A stretch of DNA of 64,000 nucleotides from the human T2T-CHM13v2.0 reference genome, Homo sapiens, in the NCBI RefSeq assembly GCF_009914755.1, contig NC_060927.1; one strand, written 5' to 3'. This document shows, one piece after another, positions 32,553 to 50,189 of this stretch. The notes under the pieces were generated by a model. That model was not told the origin of the DNA. It saw only the letters and a program-made list of their open reading frames with translations, and searched no databases. The stretch's first letter is position 1; each line of letters starts with the position of its first letter. Made by a program: the position numbers and the translations under genes.

Positions 32553-33176
32553 CCAAAGAAACCACCTTCTCTGTGAGGCCTATTATGAAGACTAATTTCA
32601 GGTATTAACATTGGAGATCCCTCAGTACCCCCTTATTGTGTGCCTTGGTGCAAGAGCCAAGGAAAAGGAAAGTAAATGAAAGTCTGAAGAAACTGTTTTT
32701 GGACAAGAGGCCAACATTGACATGTTCCTTTGGCTATTTAATAAATTTCGGCGACCCACTAGGGATATATGAATAAGCTGGGCATACACACCCCATAGAC
32801 TTTAACAGAGTAGCAGAAAATAACAGTTAGTATTAATTTCTATTGAAAATCCTTTTATTTAGTCATTACTATATCCCAGGTTCTGTCCTAAGTTATTTAT
32901 CATGATTTCATCTTTTAACTGTCCAAACAGTCTTGTGGGCTGCTCTAACGCTGCTGGTGGGTACACAGCTTGGTAATGCCACTTTGGAAAACTGTTTGGC
33001 AGTATCTTCCACACTGAGTGTATGCAAACCCTATGACCCAGCAATTCTATTCTTCCGTATATACTGAGCAGAAATGAATACATGTGTTCACCAAAAGACA
33101 TGTTCTAGAATGTTCGTAGCAGCACTGCTAGTAACAGCCCCAAAATAGGACCCACCCAAATGCCCATCAACCTTGA

Positions 33177-33542
<366 letters not shown>

Positions 33543-33544
33543 AA

Positions 33545-33985
33545 TTGACTGATTTCTTAGTTGATTGTGAGTTAATTAAAAGGCACATTATTCTGAGTAT
33601 TCTGAGTGGGCCTAAATTCATCATGCTGGAGCCCCTTTCGAAAGGGCCAGTAACTTCACGTGGAGGGATTTCCCTGCTCCTCTGAAGTGGTGATGCAAAC
33701 CGCCTACGGAGAGGAGCGCTCAGCAAGGAACCGTGGGGCCCTTTAGCAGCCGAGCACAGACATTAGCTGACAGTCAGCAAAGAAGTGGGAAACTCAGTCT
33801 TAGGAACACAAGGAATCAAATTCTGCAAGCATCTATATAAGCTTGGAAGAAGACCCCAAGCCCCACATGAGGATGCAGCCTGGCTGACCCCTTGAATTCA
33901 GCCTTATGAGAACCCTGAGCAAAGAATCCAGGTAAGCCGTGCCCAGACTTCAGACCTGCAAAAACTGAGACGATAAATTAATGTT
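33545..33985 (+). mobile_element. MLT1E-type LTR fragment
   Basis: gctgacagtcagcaaagaagtgggaaactcagtc...tcagccttatgagaaccctgagc. Confidence 0.7.
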
Positions 33986-34620
<635 letters not shown>

Positions 34621-34979
34621 CTTACCAAACACCACCTTTTTCTCTAAGATGATATGTAAAACTCTTTCATGTCTCAAATTCTTTGCATATGCTTAAAATG
34701 ATTTTTATTCTGCAACTCCTAATTGAGAGGTAGTTGTTTCCTTGTCTTTCCTACTCATTAAAAAAATCTATACATTATAACTAGTTTAACTATCAACCTT
34801 TAAAAGGGTAAATAAATTATGGTATTGTGGTATATTCACACAGTGGAACACTCTGCAGCAATGCAAATGAATCATCTGCAATTACATACAAAAGATGAGT
34901 ATATTTCACAAACATTCCATTTTTATGAAGTTTGAAAAATACTGTTAGACACTGGGTAGTGGTTAGTCTTAGGGGATGG

Positions 34980-35570
34980 TGAGGCAGGCAGAATTCTAAG
35001 GTGGGGGACATGATACCTGCCCCCTAGGTTGCTCCCTCATATAATCCCTGTCCCTTGAGTACAGGTGCAACCTGTGACTTAGTGGGGTATCCCTCCTGTT
35101 ATTAAGGTCCCTAATCACTGAGGAGACTATCATGGGTTGACCTGTCCTAATCAGGCAAGCTCTTAAAATGAGCAGTTAGAGGTCAGAGACAGAAGTCACA
35201 GTGACAAACAAGGTGCTTCTGGCCTGGAAGGGACCCACAGTTGTGACCTGTATATGGGGGCAGGAACCACACAGCAAGGAACTGGGCAGCCTGTAGGAGC
35301 TGAGAGTGGGCCCCTGCCAACAGCTAGCAAGGGAGCTGGACCTCTGTTATACAGCCATAAGGAACTGATTCTGCCAGCAACTGCAACGAGCTCAAGTCCT
35401 GAATGAGAACCCAAGCCTTGGCTGACACCTTGATTGCTAACTCGTGAGACCTGAGATCTATCTAAGCTGTGCCCGCACTCCTGACCCATGAACACTGAGA
35501 TAATAAATCTGTGTTGTTTTAAGCTACTCAATTTGTAGTAGCAGGTTACATTGCAGTAGAAACGTAACAC
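34980..35570 (+). mobile_element. MLT1E/F-type MaLR LTR
   Basis: gtgaggcaggcagaattctaaggtg...gcagcctgtaggagctgagagtgg...gcagtagaaacgtaacaca. Confidence 0.8.
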
Positions 35571-36400
35571 AGAGGGTAGGGATGAGAAGGAGGCTACTGG
35601 GTATTGAGAGTGTTCTGTTTCTTGATCTAGGTGATGGTCACACGAGTATATTTAATTTGTGAAGTTTGTATTTTACACTTAGGATGTGTACACTTTTCTC
35701 TATGTATTATACACTTGATACAAAGTTGTTTAAAAATGAATCTTTTGAAATAGGTTGTGTGTTATAATCTCTGCTCTACAGTTGAGGATATGGAAGCCCA
35801 GAGACACCCAAGCCCAGATCTGCCTGATTTCACTGTGCTCTGTGGTCTCTATTGTAGCCTACCCCTCTTGTTGATGGTCAGATAATATAACTATCCCCTT
35901 GGTGGTGCTACTCTTTGTAAAACACTAAAAAAACAAAAAAGGGGAGGGGAGTAACTCTTCAGAATGAGTCAGACCTTTGATATATGTCGTTTTGATTATT
36001 CAGGGAGCCCTGATAATAATTGCAGTCATTTTCTAGTGGTGCAGTAAGGGACCTCTGATAAATGTGACCTTTTATTGCTGTCCATCGCCCCTCCTCCTTC
36101 CAGGGACCGGCAACAAATATATCTACTAAAGATTCTGACTTTTGACCCTGCCTGTCAACAACTGAGAAGGAAAGGAGAAATAGAGAGGTAAGAGTTCACC
36201 CAAGGTGTGTTTGTTCAGGAAAAAGTATTTATTACACCAGCACTTTCTTTAAAAAAATGCAACAAACCAAAAACCTAGCAACAGTCTTTCAAAGATTACC
36301 AAAATAATATTAATTAACAATCATTTAAACAGAATCAAACAACTTCAGAAATTATGCACCTAAAAGTTTAAAAATTATCCTCCTTAAAAATAACAACTAC

Positions 36401-36712
36401 TGCCGGGCGCAGTGGCTCATGCCTGTAATCCCAGCAGTTTGGGAGGCCGAGGCAGGCAGATCACCTGAAGTTGGGAGTTCGAGACTAGCCTGACTAACAT
36501 GGAGAAACCCCGTCTCTACTAAAAATACAAAATTAGCCAGGCGTGGTGGTACATTCCTGTAATCCCAGCTACTCGGGAGGCTGAGGCAGGAGAATTGCTT
36601 GAACCCAGAGGTTGCGGTGAGCCGAGATGGCACCATTGCACTCCAGTCTGGGCAACAAGAGCGAACTCCATCTCAAAAAACAAACAAACAAAAAACCCCA
36701 CAAAAACAAAAA
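36401..36712 (+). mobile_element. AluS (Sp-like)
   Basis: aacatggagaaacccc; ggttgcggtgagcc. Confidence 0.92.
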
Positions 36713-36714
36713 AC

Positions 36715-36968
36715 TGCACTATCCCATACAGTAGCCAAGTGTAGATATTGACCACTTGAAAGATGGTCTGAATTGAAATGTTCTATGTAAATACACAGAG
36801 GATTTCAAATACTTAGGAAAAAAAGAATGTAAATATTTCAGTGACATTATATTGGTTATATGTTGAAATCATAATTTTTAGACGTTGGGCTGCATAAGAT
36901 ATATTATTAGGAACTAGAAAATACAAAATTTCATCTGTGACTCATTACATTTCCTTTTGGATGCATTA
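36715..36968. mobile_element. MER33-like hAT element
   Basis: gtaaatacacagaggatttcaaatactta...atgttgaaatcataattttt. Confidence 0.65.
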
Positions 36969-37022
36969 ATCTAGTATATTGTAGGTTCTTCACAAAAGAC
37001 ATATAGAAAGTAAAAAAACTAG

Positions 37023-37856
<834 letters not shown>

Positions 37857-38502
37857 TCATTACTTATTTTTTTAATTATCTTTTTTCTGATTACAAATGT
37901 ATCATAACATAGTAAAAACTATTGGAAACACAGAAAAGCATACATTAGAAAGCAAAAGCTCTCCTTTAAGCTGAATCATTTTAATTAACATTATAGCCTA
38001 TATTCTTATAAAATATATATATAACTACATACTGTATATGATTCATTATATAAACATTATTTTGGCTAAATCTATCATGGAGTTCTTTCTATAATAATAT
38101 GTAGGTAGATAGTTCACTATGTAAATGTATTTATTTACCCAATCTCTTATTGATTTAGGTTGAGTTTTTTCTTTCTTATGAAAACTGCCATTGCTACTGA
38201 TGATCCCATGCATACATCTTTTGGTACTTGTTTAGTTATTTCCTTAGGATCCATTCCTAAAAGTAGCATTCTTGGGTCAAAAAACAGAGATGACAAATTT
38301 TAGATTCCTACAGTGCCTTGTTAGTTTGTGTTTTACTCTTAACAGTAAGCTCTCAGGCTTAGGGACCATTTATTTTTGGTGTATTGTACCCTGCATGGTT
38401 GTGGGCAGGGATCATCTCTTATAGGTTCCCCTCTCACTCCCCACTTCCATACCCTTTTCAGCTTTTGAACAAGTTGAGACTAAAAGATGGTTCAGGTTTT
38501 GA

Positions 38503-38794
38503 TTCTTTTTTTTTTTTTTTTTTTTTGAGACAGAGTTTCCCAGGCTGGAGTGCAATGGCGCGATTTCGGCTCACCACAACTTCCACCTCCCGGGTTCAAG
38601 CAATTCTGCTTCAGCCTCCCGAGTGGCTAGGATTACAGGCATGCACCACCATGCCTAGCTCATTTTGTATTTTTAGTAGAGATGGGGTTTCTCCATGTTG
38701 GTCAGGCTGGTCTCGAACTCGCGACCTCACATGATCTGCCCGCCTCGGCCTCCCAAAGTGTTGTGATTACAGGCGTGAGCCGCTGCGCCTGGCC
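38503..38794 (-). mobile_element. AluS (Sp-like)
   Basis: Reverse Alu; TSD caggttttgattctttt. Confidence 0.92.
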
Positions 38795-39007
38795 CAGGTT
38801 TTGATTCTTTAGAAAAGAAGTTGGTTGGTATCCTTAGGGAAGAATGTAATTGAAATGACCATGGACTTTTTAAATTCTTGGTCCTGAACCATCTCCTAGG
38901 GCACTGTCCAGCTTACAGGTGGCTGCTGTAGGCTCAAGTGCTGCTGTCAGTTTCAGTCAGTTTTGAGCTAAGTGGTGGAGTCCCACATGGCTCAAGAGTG
39001 CAACCTA

Positions 39008-39326
<319 letters not shown>

Positions 39327-39597
39327 TTAGAAGGGGGCTGTGGGCAAGGCAAGCACTGACACTAGCTTGTTTGGTTAAGTCCCTTTGATTAGGACCATAT
39401 AAAGCAAATTATTAATGGAGTACCATGATCATTTTCACTGTGGATGAATCTGTGAATGTTAATAAATGTTTGGTGTAAGAGAAATCTCATTGCAACACAG
39501 ATAGTTTCAACCTCCTTGCCAAGTGCTTGGGGCTTGGTGTCTACTCTAGAAATGTTATTATGTTGAATTGACTATGAAGAAATACTAAATATCAACT

Positions 39598-39898
39598 AGC
39601 CAGGCGCAGTGGCTCACGCCTACAGTTCCAGCACTTTGGGAGCCTGAGGCGGAAGGATCCCTTTGAGGTCAGGAGGTTGAGACCAGCCTGGGCAACATGG
39701 TGAAACCCCAGCTCTACACAAAATACAAAAAATTAACCAGGGGTGATTACTCGCGCCTTCAGTCCCAGCTACTCAGGAGGCTGAGGTTGGGGGATGGCTT
39801 GAACCCCAGAGGCAGAGGTTGCAGTGGGCAGAGATTGTGCCACTGCGCTCCAGCCTGGGAGACACAGTGAGACCCTGTCTCCAAAAAAAAAAAAAAAG
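39598..39898 (+). mobile_element. Alu (J/S)
   Basis: Dimeric Alu. Confidence 0.92.
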
Positions 39899-40312
39899 TG
39901 AACTAGCCCTAGCACTGGTAGGATCAGGAACCATCATGTAAGATAGCTAGTCATATCACATTCTAGAAATGTGCTTCAGTCCTACCATTTGAACAATTCT
40001 AGGATTCAAAACCACAAGATTAATGGTCTTTATGATATATTTTTTCCATGGGGAAAAATGAAAATGTCAGCTACCAGAGTTCTAATAATACTTTTATCAT
40101 CAATTCATAGCAATCTTACTGTGTTACCACTTCAAGGAGTGCCTGGAAATTAGTATATGCTCAATTGCTCTAATTAACTGAAATGAATGCCATGTACCCA
40201 ATTATTATGCTAGTAGAATGTGTCAGTTTATTGAAAATATAAAGCTATTCTGTACTCTGGAAACCTTTTCTTGGATGACAGATATATAGCTCTAGAAATT
40301 AAAACCCCATAG

Positions 40313-40648
<336 letters not shown>

Positions 40649-41021
40649 AATACTTTTTTTTTTTAAACTGGCAACATGGCATCCACTAGGGCACAATGGA
40701 AATGTTCTTAGAAGGGCTTGAATAGTTTCCCAGACTTTGGAGGAAACCTGACTTATATGGAAAAGCCTGAAGGTGAGAGGCTGATGGGAACATTGTGGTG
40801 GCAAAGCCTATAGGGTGAGCTTTGAACCAAGAGGGTGGATGCCCTGTTGGCATGGTAGCCTTGTTTTAATCTCTTGAAAGAACCCCACTCTGCAGAAGAG
40901 TGTAGCAGAATGTGGCAGTATGGGCTGTACCACTAGAGTAGGCCAGGAAGGGCCACATAAGAAGTCAGCAAAATAATGCATTTACTAAGGAAATTGGCCA
41001 CCATAAGAAGTCCCTAGTTTG

Positions 41022-41548
<527 letters not shown>

Positions 41549-41652
41549 TCAGTGAGAACATATTGTTCCCTTCCATAAGCTCCTCTCCCACTCCCAATCC
41601 CAATCCTATGGGGTATAGGAGTATCAGAGAGTGGTTAAAAAAGAAGGTAAAA

Positions 41653-41955
41653 AGGCCAGGCACAGTGGTTCACACCTGTAATCCCAGCACTTTGGGAGGC
41701 TGAGGCAGGCGGATCACTGAGGTCAGGAGTTTGAGACCAGCCTGGCCAACATGGCGAAACTCCATCTCTACTAAAATTACAAAAATTAGCCGGGTGTGGT
41801 GGCGCACACTTGTAATCCCAGCTACTTGGAAGGCTGAGGCAGGAGAATTGCTTGAATCTGGGAGGCGAAGGTTGCGGTGACTTGACATCGCACCACTGTA
41901 CTCCAGCCTCGGAGATGGAGCAAGGCTCTGGCTAAAAGAGAGAGAGAGAGAGAGA
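41653..41955 (+). mobile_element. AluS with (AG)n tail
   Basis: Dimeric Alu. Confidence 0.92.
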
Positions 41956-42392
41956 AGGCAGAACAAGGAAAGAAACAACAAATCCCTCTTGCTTTCTCAT
42001 CTGGGGTTAGGTCTGAGCTGCTGGAGAGAAAAGCTTTACTTGGATGAGAAACTGAAGTTTTGCTATTATGCTACATTGGACATTTGTAGTCCTGAAAATG
42101 ATTGTTACTACTTGAATGTTTTTGGAGATGCCAGGCAATCTGCCCTGGATGTTCAGTTGGGGTAGGGAAGGAAAACACAACAGAGAAAATTTGAAGATAG
42201 CAATGGGGGAGATGAATTTACTTCCTTCTGTACCTTATCAAACCCAACTCATTTAATTAGCCAGTTTCTCCCTATAAACCCCCATTACCATGTAAACTGT
42301 ATTTCAGTTATATGCAACATGAGATAACCTGATTGACAGTGATTGTGTGTGACTCATTAGTTAGAAATCTAATGAAGATTCTTTGCTAGAAC

Positions 42393-42565
42393 CAGGTGGT
42401 TCTCTTTGGACTAAACAGAACACTGGTACATGGGTCTGCAGCATCAGTATCACCTGGGAGCTGCTAGAAATGCAGACTCCCAGGCCCTATCCCAGACTTA
42501 CGTCATCTGTAGCTTAACAAGATCCCCCAGGTGATCCATATGCACATTAGAGTTTGAAAAGCATT
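42393..42565. mobile_element. MER5A
   Basis: gcagcatcagtatcacctgggagctgctagaaatgcagactcccaggccc...acattagagtttgaaaagca. Confidence 0.8.
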
Positions 42566-43056
42566 GATTTGAGAACTAAGTATGTTTTACATTTTCTCCT
42601 AGACAGGAAAATCCTCACTTTGACCTCAGTATTGTGGGACCCTGAAATGGAAGGAGCTCAGAATCATGAGATCTGAGCCCTACCTGTGTTATGCTGGTTG
42701 AATCATTTCTTGGATTCTCCAACATTTTTGTAGTTGTTTAATCAGATGAATTATAAGGTCTCATCTGGCTCTGACATTGTGTAATTCTAAGAAATTTTGG
42801 TTGAAGCGAAAGAAAAAATAAAGCCCGGTTAAAAAATTTAATAAACCTGGTAACAATTTGATGAAAGAGCCACTACAGCTTCACCGTGTTGCTGTGCAAC
42901 TGTGATGGAGGGTATTGTCCATGCATCCCTGCTCATCACTTCGTCGTTTGTTAGCCCAAATGAAAAGTCTTTTCCTGTTTAATAACAATTATCCCTCCTG
43001 TATTGAGGAAGAAGCATATTTGATAAGAAAAGAAGATTATTGCTAAAACAAAATGA

Positions 43057-43464
<408 letters not shown>

Positions 43465-43467
43465 TAA

Positions 43468-43507
<40 letters not shown>

Positions 43508-44019
43508 AGGAGAATTGCTCTGTTGTAAAACAAAGATCACACACAGACATAGAACAAACTCAAATTTGACCTCGGTAATGTAAGTCATGTGGTGGTGTAG
43601 GCAAAGAAGAATGCTAGAGCCAGTACTTAAGAATATATTTCAGGTGCATCGCTGATTCACTGTGTGATGTTGGCAATGTCTTTTACCTCTTCTATTTCTC
43701 AGTTCTGCTACCATAAAAGTGATTGAATTGGATTATTCCATCCTGCATATTAATTGCTGTTCCTGATAGAGGCTGCCTGGAACTTTGGGTTGAGAAGTAC
43801 AGCAGGGCCTCAGCAAGCTCAGTGGGAAAGGATCAATGAATTAGGCATGTCTGCTGTGGGCGAGGCAATAGGGAGTGACCAACTAATTCCATTTGTTTGC
43901 AAATTTCTGGGTTAGGAGCTTTCTGAGGACATTGACTATCTTAAATGTTTTCATCCTGAAAATATTTTAAAATGGTTTTATTATAGGATAAAAATAAAGA
44001 GAGAGAGACTGATTTCTAG

Positions 44020-44335
<316 letters not shown>

Positions 44336-45027
44336 TTCTTTGGAGTCTTGCAACAGCTTGAAGTATATGTGTGCTTTCCTGTTCTTGATAGCAACTTGCA
44401 GGACAAGCTCTGAAGAGAAGGAAATCTGCTTGGATTTAAAAGATATTCAGTGTGAGATACCAGATAGGCTGGAAGTGATTTATGAAACGAGTTCTCTGTT
44501 TTGTTAAAACATAAGATTGTTGTTCCATTTGGGGACCTTTATATGAAACAGATGCCTAATCTATAAATCAGCCACCCTGCAGTAAGGGAGATGACATTTT
44601 AAAATAAATTATTGTGGATCCAGGAAGTAAAAGTGTGGATGAACAAATTTTTATTGTCTTCTGGGCATAGGAAACATCTTATCAGTCATCTGTTTGGGAC
44701 GATCTTCCCCCCGATGCTTATTAAGGGAATTGGTGATGAGGAAAGAGTCGAAAGTTCTGTCTAGAAATTTGTTCTCTGACCTAACAAGGCACTCCTCAGG
44801 TTTGACAGGAACAGCGGCAGAATTGTGGACTTTTCCAGCTTTGTCAAGAAAGCGCTGCTGTTGCGTTTGGGTTTCAGTTTCAAATGTAGTCCCCCAGAGG
44901 AAACTGGATTAGAGTAGTTTGTAGAGTTCAGAGACGGAATACATTTTTAGTTGTTGGGTTTTTTCCTTTTCTGTCGAGCTCTTCAGTGGGTCTACTTTCT
45001 ACTTCCCATTATAAAAATGAACATTTT

Positions 45028-45495
45028 GGCGGGGCATGGTGGTTCATGTCTCTAACTGAAGCAGTTTGGGAGGCCGAGGAGGGAGGATCACTTGATACTA
45101 GGAGTTTGAGACCAGCCCCGGCAACATAGCAAGACCCCTTCTCTACAAAAAAATAAACAATATTAGCCAGGTATGGTGGTGCACCATCTGTAGTCCCAGC
45201 TACTCAGGAGGCCGAGGTAGGTGGATTGCTTGAGCCCAGGAGTTTGAGACCAGCCTGGGAAACATAGGGAGATCCTGTCTCTATGAAAAATATAAAAAGT
45301 AGCTGGATGTGGTGGTACACACCTGTGGTCCCAGCTACTCAGGAGGCTGAGGTAGGAGGATTGCTTGGGTTTGGGAATGGAGGCTGCAGTGAGCAGTGAT
45401 TGTGCCACTACACTTCAGCCTGGGTGACAGAGCAAGACTCTGTCTTTTGTCAAAAAAAAAAAAAAAAAAGGAAAGAAAGAAAGAAAGAAAGAAAA
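45028..45495 (+). mobile_element. Trimeric AluJ with (GAAA)n tail
   Basis: Two left-arm 3' halves (ggagtttgagaccagc at ~45101 and ~45239) before the right arm. Confidence 0.88.
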
Positions 45496-45829
45496 ATTTC
45501 ATTGTTTTCATGTCATTTCTTGACTGTTTGATAGTTTTCTGATAGTCAGCTAATGATCATTGTCTCTGCACCTGAAAGCCGCAAGTTCATTCATGTATTC
45601 ATTGGTTTAGTAAAAAGTATTCACTTAACTCTGATGGAGAGGAAGACATATGGCTGGCCACCCAGGTTATAGTGATGTTTATATAAGGCATGCTCCATCT
45701 TCAAGGTTTACAACCCAGCAAGGGGCCATAAATACAGTATATCCAAAATGACAGGTAATTCAAATATGAGTTCCAACTGATTTTGGAAGTCTTTTTTCAT
45801 TTTAGAAGACATTAATCATTTTCTTTAGC

Positions 45830-46960
45830 TTGATTTAATTTTTTGAGTTGATAATTTAGTCACATGGTTCAAAAATAAAAGTGGAATCAAAAGTCTTACT
45901 CTAATTCCTGACCCAACCTACCTAATTTACTACCCTTCGGCCTCCTGTATGTAACCACTCTTATTAATTTTCTGCAGAGCCTTCTGGTATTTATTTTTGT
46001 GCAGATATAAATATATTCTTATTTTCCCTCCTTTTACGTAGAAGTTCGCATACTATATTACTGTTTTGCATGCTACCTTTTTCACTTAATTGTTTTCCTG
46101 TGACATTTCACAGGGCATAGGGAACTTCATTCTCTTTTTCATAGCTGTGAATATTGTATAGAAGTACTGTGGCTTATTCACCCACTCATCTCTAGATGAG
46201 TGTTTGGGTATTCCCAGCCTCTGGCTCACACACAACTCTACAATCGATACAAGGGTGTATCTGAAACTTCATATAGTGCTGGTTTAGGTTTAGCTGTAAA
46301 ACAAATTCCCAGGAGTGAAATTGCTGAGTAAAAAAATAAATGCATTTGTAATTTTGATAGGGATTGCCAATCAGCTCCCCAAAGCGTTGCACCATTTTGG
46401 ACTCTCACCAGCAATGGATGAGAGTGCTTAATTCTCCTATTGATTATAAGATATGTTGTAAAACTTTTGGATTGGATTTTTGCCAACTTGATAGGGAAAA
46501 AAATGATATCCCTGCATAGCTTTGATGTGGATTTTTCTAATTAAAAGTGAGGTTAGGCCAGGTGTGTTGGCTCACGCCTGTAATCTTAGCACTGAAAGGC
46601 TGGGGTGGGTGCACTGCTTGAGCCAAGGAGTTTGAGACCAACCTAGACAACGTGGTGAAACCCTGTCTCTACAAAAAATAGAAAAAGTAACCAGCTGTGG
46701 TGGTATGTGCCTGTTGTCCCAGAAACTCAGGAGGCTAAGGTGGGAGGATCACATGAGCCCAGGGAGGTTGAGGCTGCAGTGAGCCATGATCGCACCACTG
46801 CACTCCAGCCTGGGGAACAGAGTGAGACCCTGTCTCAAAAACAAAACAAAAATGAGATTAAATGTCTTTTTATATGGTTAAGAGACCCTTATATTTTTTT
46901 TTTGTGACCTGTCAATGTCTTTTGGTCATATTGCTATTGCTTTGTTGATTTTTTTTCAAA
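45830..46960 (-). mobile_element. L1ME-like fragment, interrupted by AluJ (46556-46852, plus)
   Basis: aaattcccaggagtgaaattgctgag...ttgcaccattttggactctcaccagcaatg. Confidence 0.7.
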
Positions 46961-47010
46961 ATTTCTCAGAGGAAAATTTAGTCTTCTTCATGAACATTTA
47001 TTCTAAAGAT

Positions 47011-47140
47011 CTTTTTTCTTTCTTTCTTTCTTTCTTTCTTTCTTTTTTTTTTTTTTTTTTTTGTGAGATGTATCTTGCTATGTTGCCTAGGCTGAACTCA
47101 CACTCCTGGGCTCAAGCAATCCTTCTCCTTCACCTCTCTA
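47011..47140 (-). mobile_element. FLAM-like Alu fragment with CTTT tail
   Basis: cttgctatgttgcctaggctg...ctcctgggctcaagcaatcc. Confidence 0.75.
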
Positions 47141-47771
47141 GTCTAAGCTAAATTCTCTGTATGTGTGTACTTGTTTAACCCTCAGCAAGCCTGGGAACTG
47201 AGTATTGCCAGACTATTTTTAAAATGAGGAAACAGAGGTTCAGAATAGTTAAGTGACTTCAGGCCATACAGCCAGGCAGAGGCAAAACTGATGTCTGGAA
47301 TCAAGTTGGTCTTACTGCTAAATTCTGTCCTCTTAATTGCCCAGCTTTACTGTTTTTCTTAGGTGGATGCCAGAGTTAACTCATTCAAACTGGTTTTTGT
47401 TTCCCAAACACACAAGATGATGGAGGAGTGTGTTGCTGAGCTCATGTTTGGTGGTATGTGAGACTCCAGCTGGGATAAGAAACACACCATGTATAATCCA
47501 CCCAGTGAATAATCCCCAGGGAGATTGATTGTACACTTCCCCCTACCCCGGAAAGCCTTATGATAGTGTGACTAAAGCCAAGAAGAAACAGAAATGACAC
47601 ATGGCTGAAATTACACAGGAAAAGGATCACATCAAGGCAAGCGTCATAAGATGCACATGGCCACTGTGAACCAAGCATGTAAATCAAACATCACCAAAAG
47701 TGGTTCCCATTAGAGGCCCAGAAAAAATTTCAATGTTGCAGTTATTTCTGCTTCTCCTGCCTTAAAGGAGG

Positions 47772-48859
47772 TGTAATCACCGAATGAGCTCATCTTGCCC
47801 ACTGTGCAGAAAAAACCAATTCACTGAGACAGTGGTATTATAATAGAGAAAGAGTTTAATTAACTTAGAGCTAGCCAAATGGAAGGATGGGAAGTTTATT
47901 ACTCAAATTTAGTCTGTCAGAATTCAAAGGCTGGGGTTTTCATGGACACTTTGGCTAGCGGGGGATAGGGAATGTGTGCTGCTGATTTATTGGGGATGAA
48001 ATTATAGGAATGTGGAAAATGATCCTCTTGCACAGAATCAGCCTCTGGGTGGGGACCACAGGACCAGCTATCATGAGCCATGGGTCCAAGTGAAGTCAGT
48101 TGGTCACTAGAATGCAGAAGTTTGAAAAACATCTCAAAAGACCAACCTTAGGTTCTACAATAGTGATGTTATCTATAGAAGCAATTGGGGAAGTAGGACC
48201 TCCAGCACAGTAACCAATTATAGAGGGGCAAGCTACACTTACATTTTTAGCAAAATTCAAGCCACTCCTATAATTCTAATCTTGAGGCCTTTGTTTTGTT
48301 TTGTTTTGTTTTGTTTTGTTTTGTTTTGTTTTGTTTGAGGCAGAGACTTGCTGTGTCACCCAGGCTGGAATGCAGTAATGCGATCATAGCTCACTGCAAT
48401 CTCAAACTCCTGGGCACAAGTGATCCTCCTGCCTCAGCCTCCTGAGTAGTCAGGACTACAGGCACTTACTACCATGCCCAGCTAATTTTTAAATTTTTTG
48501 TAGGGATGGAGTCTTGCTTTGTTGTCCAGGCTGGTCTTGAACTCCTGAGCTCAAGCAATCTTCCTGCCTTGGCCTCTCAAAATGCTGGGATTACAGGCAT
48601 GAGCCACTTTGCCCAGCCTGTGGCTTTTCATTAGTCTTACAAAGGCAGTTTCAGTCCCTGAACAAGGAGAGTGTCAGTTTTAGGGAAGGACTATTATCAT
48701 CCTTTCTTTAATGTTAAACCATAAAGTAAATTCCTCCCATGGTTAGCTTGGCTTGTGCCTGGGAATAAGCGAGGACAGCCAGCCTGTGAGGCTAGAAGCA
48801 AGAAGGAGTCAGCCATGCTAGACTTTCTCACTGTCATAATCTTCACAAAGGCGGTTTCA
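47772..48859 (-). mobile_element. LTR8A-like ERV1 solo LTR, interrupted by AluJ (48290-48618)
   Basis: Minus strand starts TGAAACCGCCTTTG...ATTATGACAGTGAGAAAAGTCTAGCATGGCTGACTCC and ends ...GATTACA; flanks gagg/tagg. Confidence 0.85.
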
Positions 48860-49682
48860 TAGGCTTCTGGGAAACCTGGATTATAGGAGGTATCTGAAGT
48901 CCATCGCCAACTTCTTTCTCAAACAGCTTGGCCAGAACCTGGAGATTTGGGAGTTCTTGGGAAAGATGCTTTCTCTTCCCAACTTTCTATGCTCATGCTG
49001 TGGATAAAAAATTGAGCGGGCCCCAAAAGAGCAAAATAGATGAAATCGTGGTTCATTTATGGCATTTGACAAATCTGCAAGATTCGATGCAAGTGCACTA
49101 CTAAATGATTAAAACCCCAGGTTCTGCCCTCCGGGAATGTGTGAGAGTATTATATTACTCCTGAATAATGTAACCACTGCAGTTTTCTGCCAGTTCAAAA
49201 ATATAGCCAAGATGCCCTTTTTCACTGTATTTACCAATGACATTCTACAAGCCATCTTCCCTGTAGCAAGTTTCCCTATTTTCTTTTGCTTTAGTTTATT
49301 ATGATTTAATAAAAATTGAATCAGTGGATTTAAGCTTAATTAAAGCTACTGTCATGTTTTTAAGCAAGGTAGCAGGTGTATATGAAAACGTATGCTGACA
49401 AGATTCAGGAAGTGTCTCCTGGTATGGTCTCAGAGATACTGGGAATTAAATGGATCACTCACACATAGGAGGGGAGTCAGAATGGATTTGGTTTTGCTGA
49501 GAATTTAATTTAAGTTTTCATTAGGATATAGAAGTTCAGCATTTCCCCTGAATAGTATATGTTCAAAAGTGGAAAAAGTAGAGGAAATAGATTGTTGTTC
49601 CCAATGCTTCAGCTTGATGTGTTAGGAGAGCTTGCAATAGTATAACCAGGGAGATCTTTGGATTGTCAGCTGTATCATCGAT

Positions 49683-49898
49683 CAGGGGTTGGCAAACTTT
49701 TCCTGTATCAGGCCTGATAGTAAATATTTAAGGCTTTGAGGTTCATAAGGTCTTTGTTGCAGTTATTCATCTCTGCCGTTATAGTGTGAAAGAGTCAGAG
49801 ACAACACATAAATGAATGGGTATGGCTTTGTGTCAATACAACTTTATTTATAAAAACAGACTTCAGGCACATCTTGGCCCAAAAGCCATACCTTGCCA
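49683..49898 (+). mobile_element. MER58A hAT MITE
   Basis: caggggttggcaaacttttcctgta...atagtaaatatttaaggcttt...actttatttataaaaacag. Confidence 0.85.
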
Positions 49899-50189
49899 TA
49901 GAACAAAGCTTGAGTGCTTTCTTTCCTAGGTAGGAAATCCTGCACTGGGTAGTACCCTTAGATTATAAGACAGTGCTTTCATTTGTAATGTGTATGATTG
50001 TCTCCAGCCACACAGTTTTAGAACAAGTCACCAGCGAGAGGACCATGAACGTGGCCTTCACCATTTCTTCATTTCCATCGTCCTTCTTGCTCTCACCTCC
50101 TTTTATGCATGTCATTTATTTGATACTTCCTTTATCTCTGTCACGTGCCTCTATCTTTTCAGTTCATTTCTACTTTCCTGTTAACTCTA

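Noticed and set aside
32553-32860. Possible ERV-internal fragment after the truncated Tigger3
   Set aside because: Only a vague resemblance; I cannot assign a family without a search.
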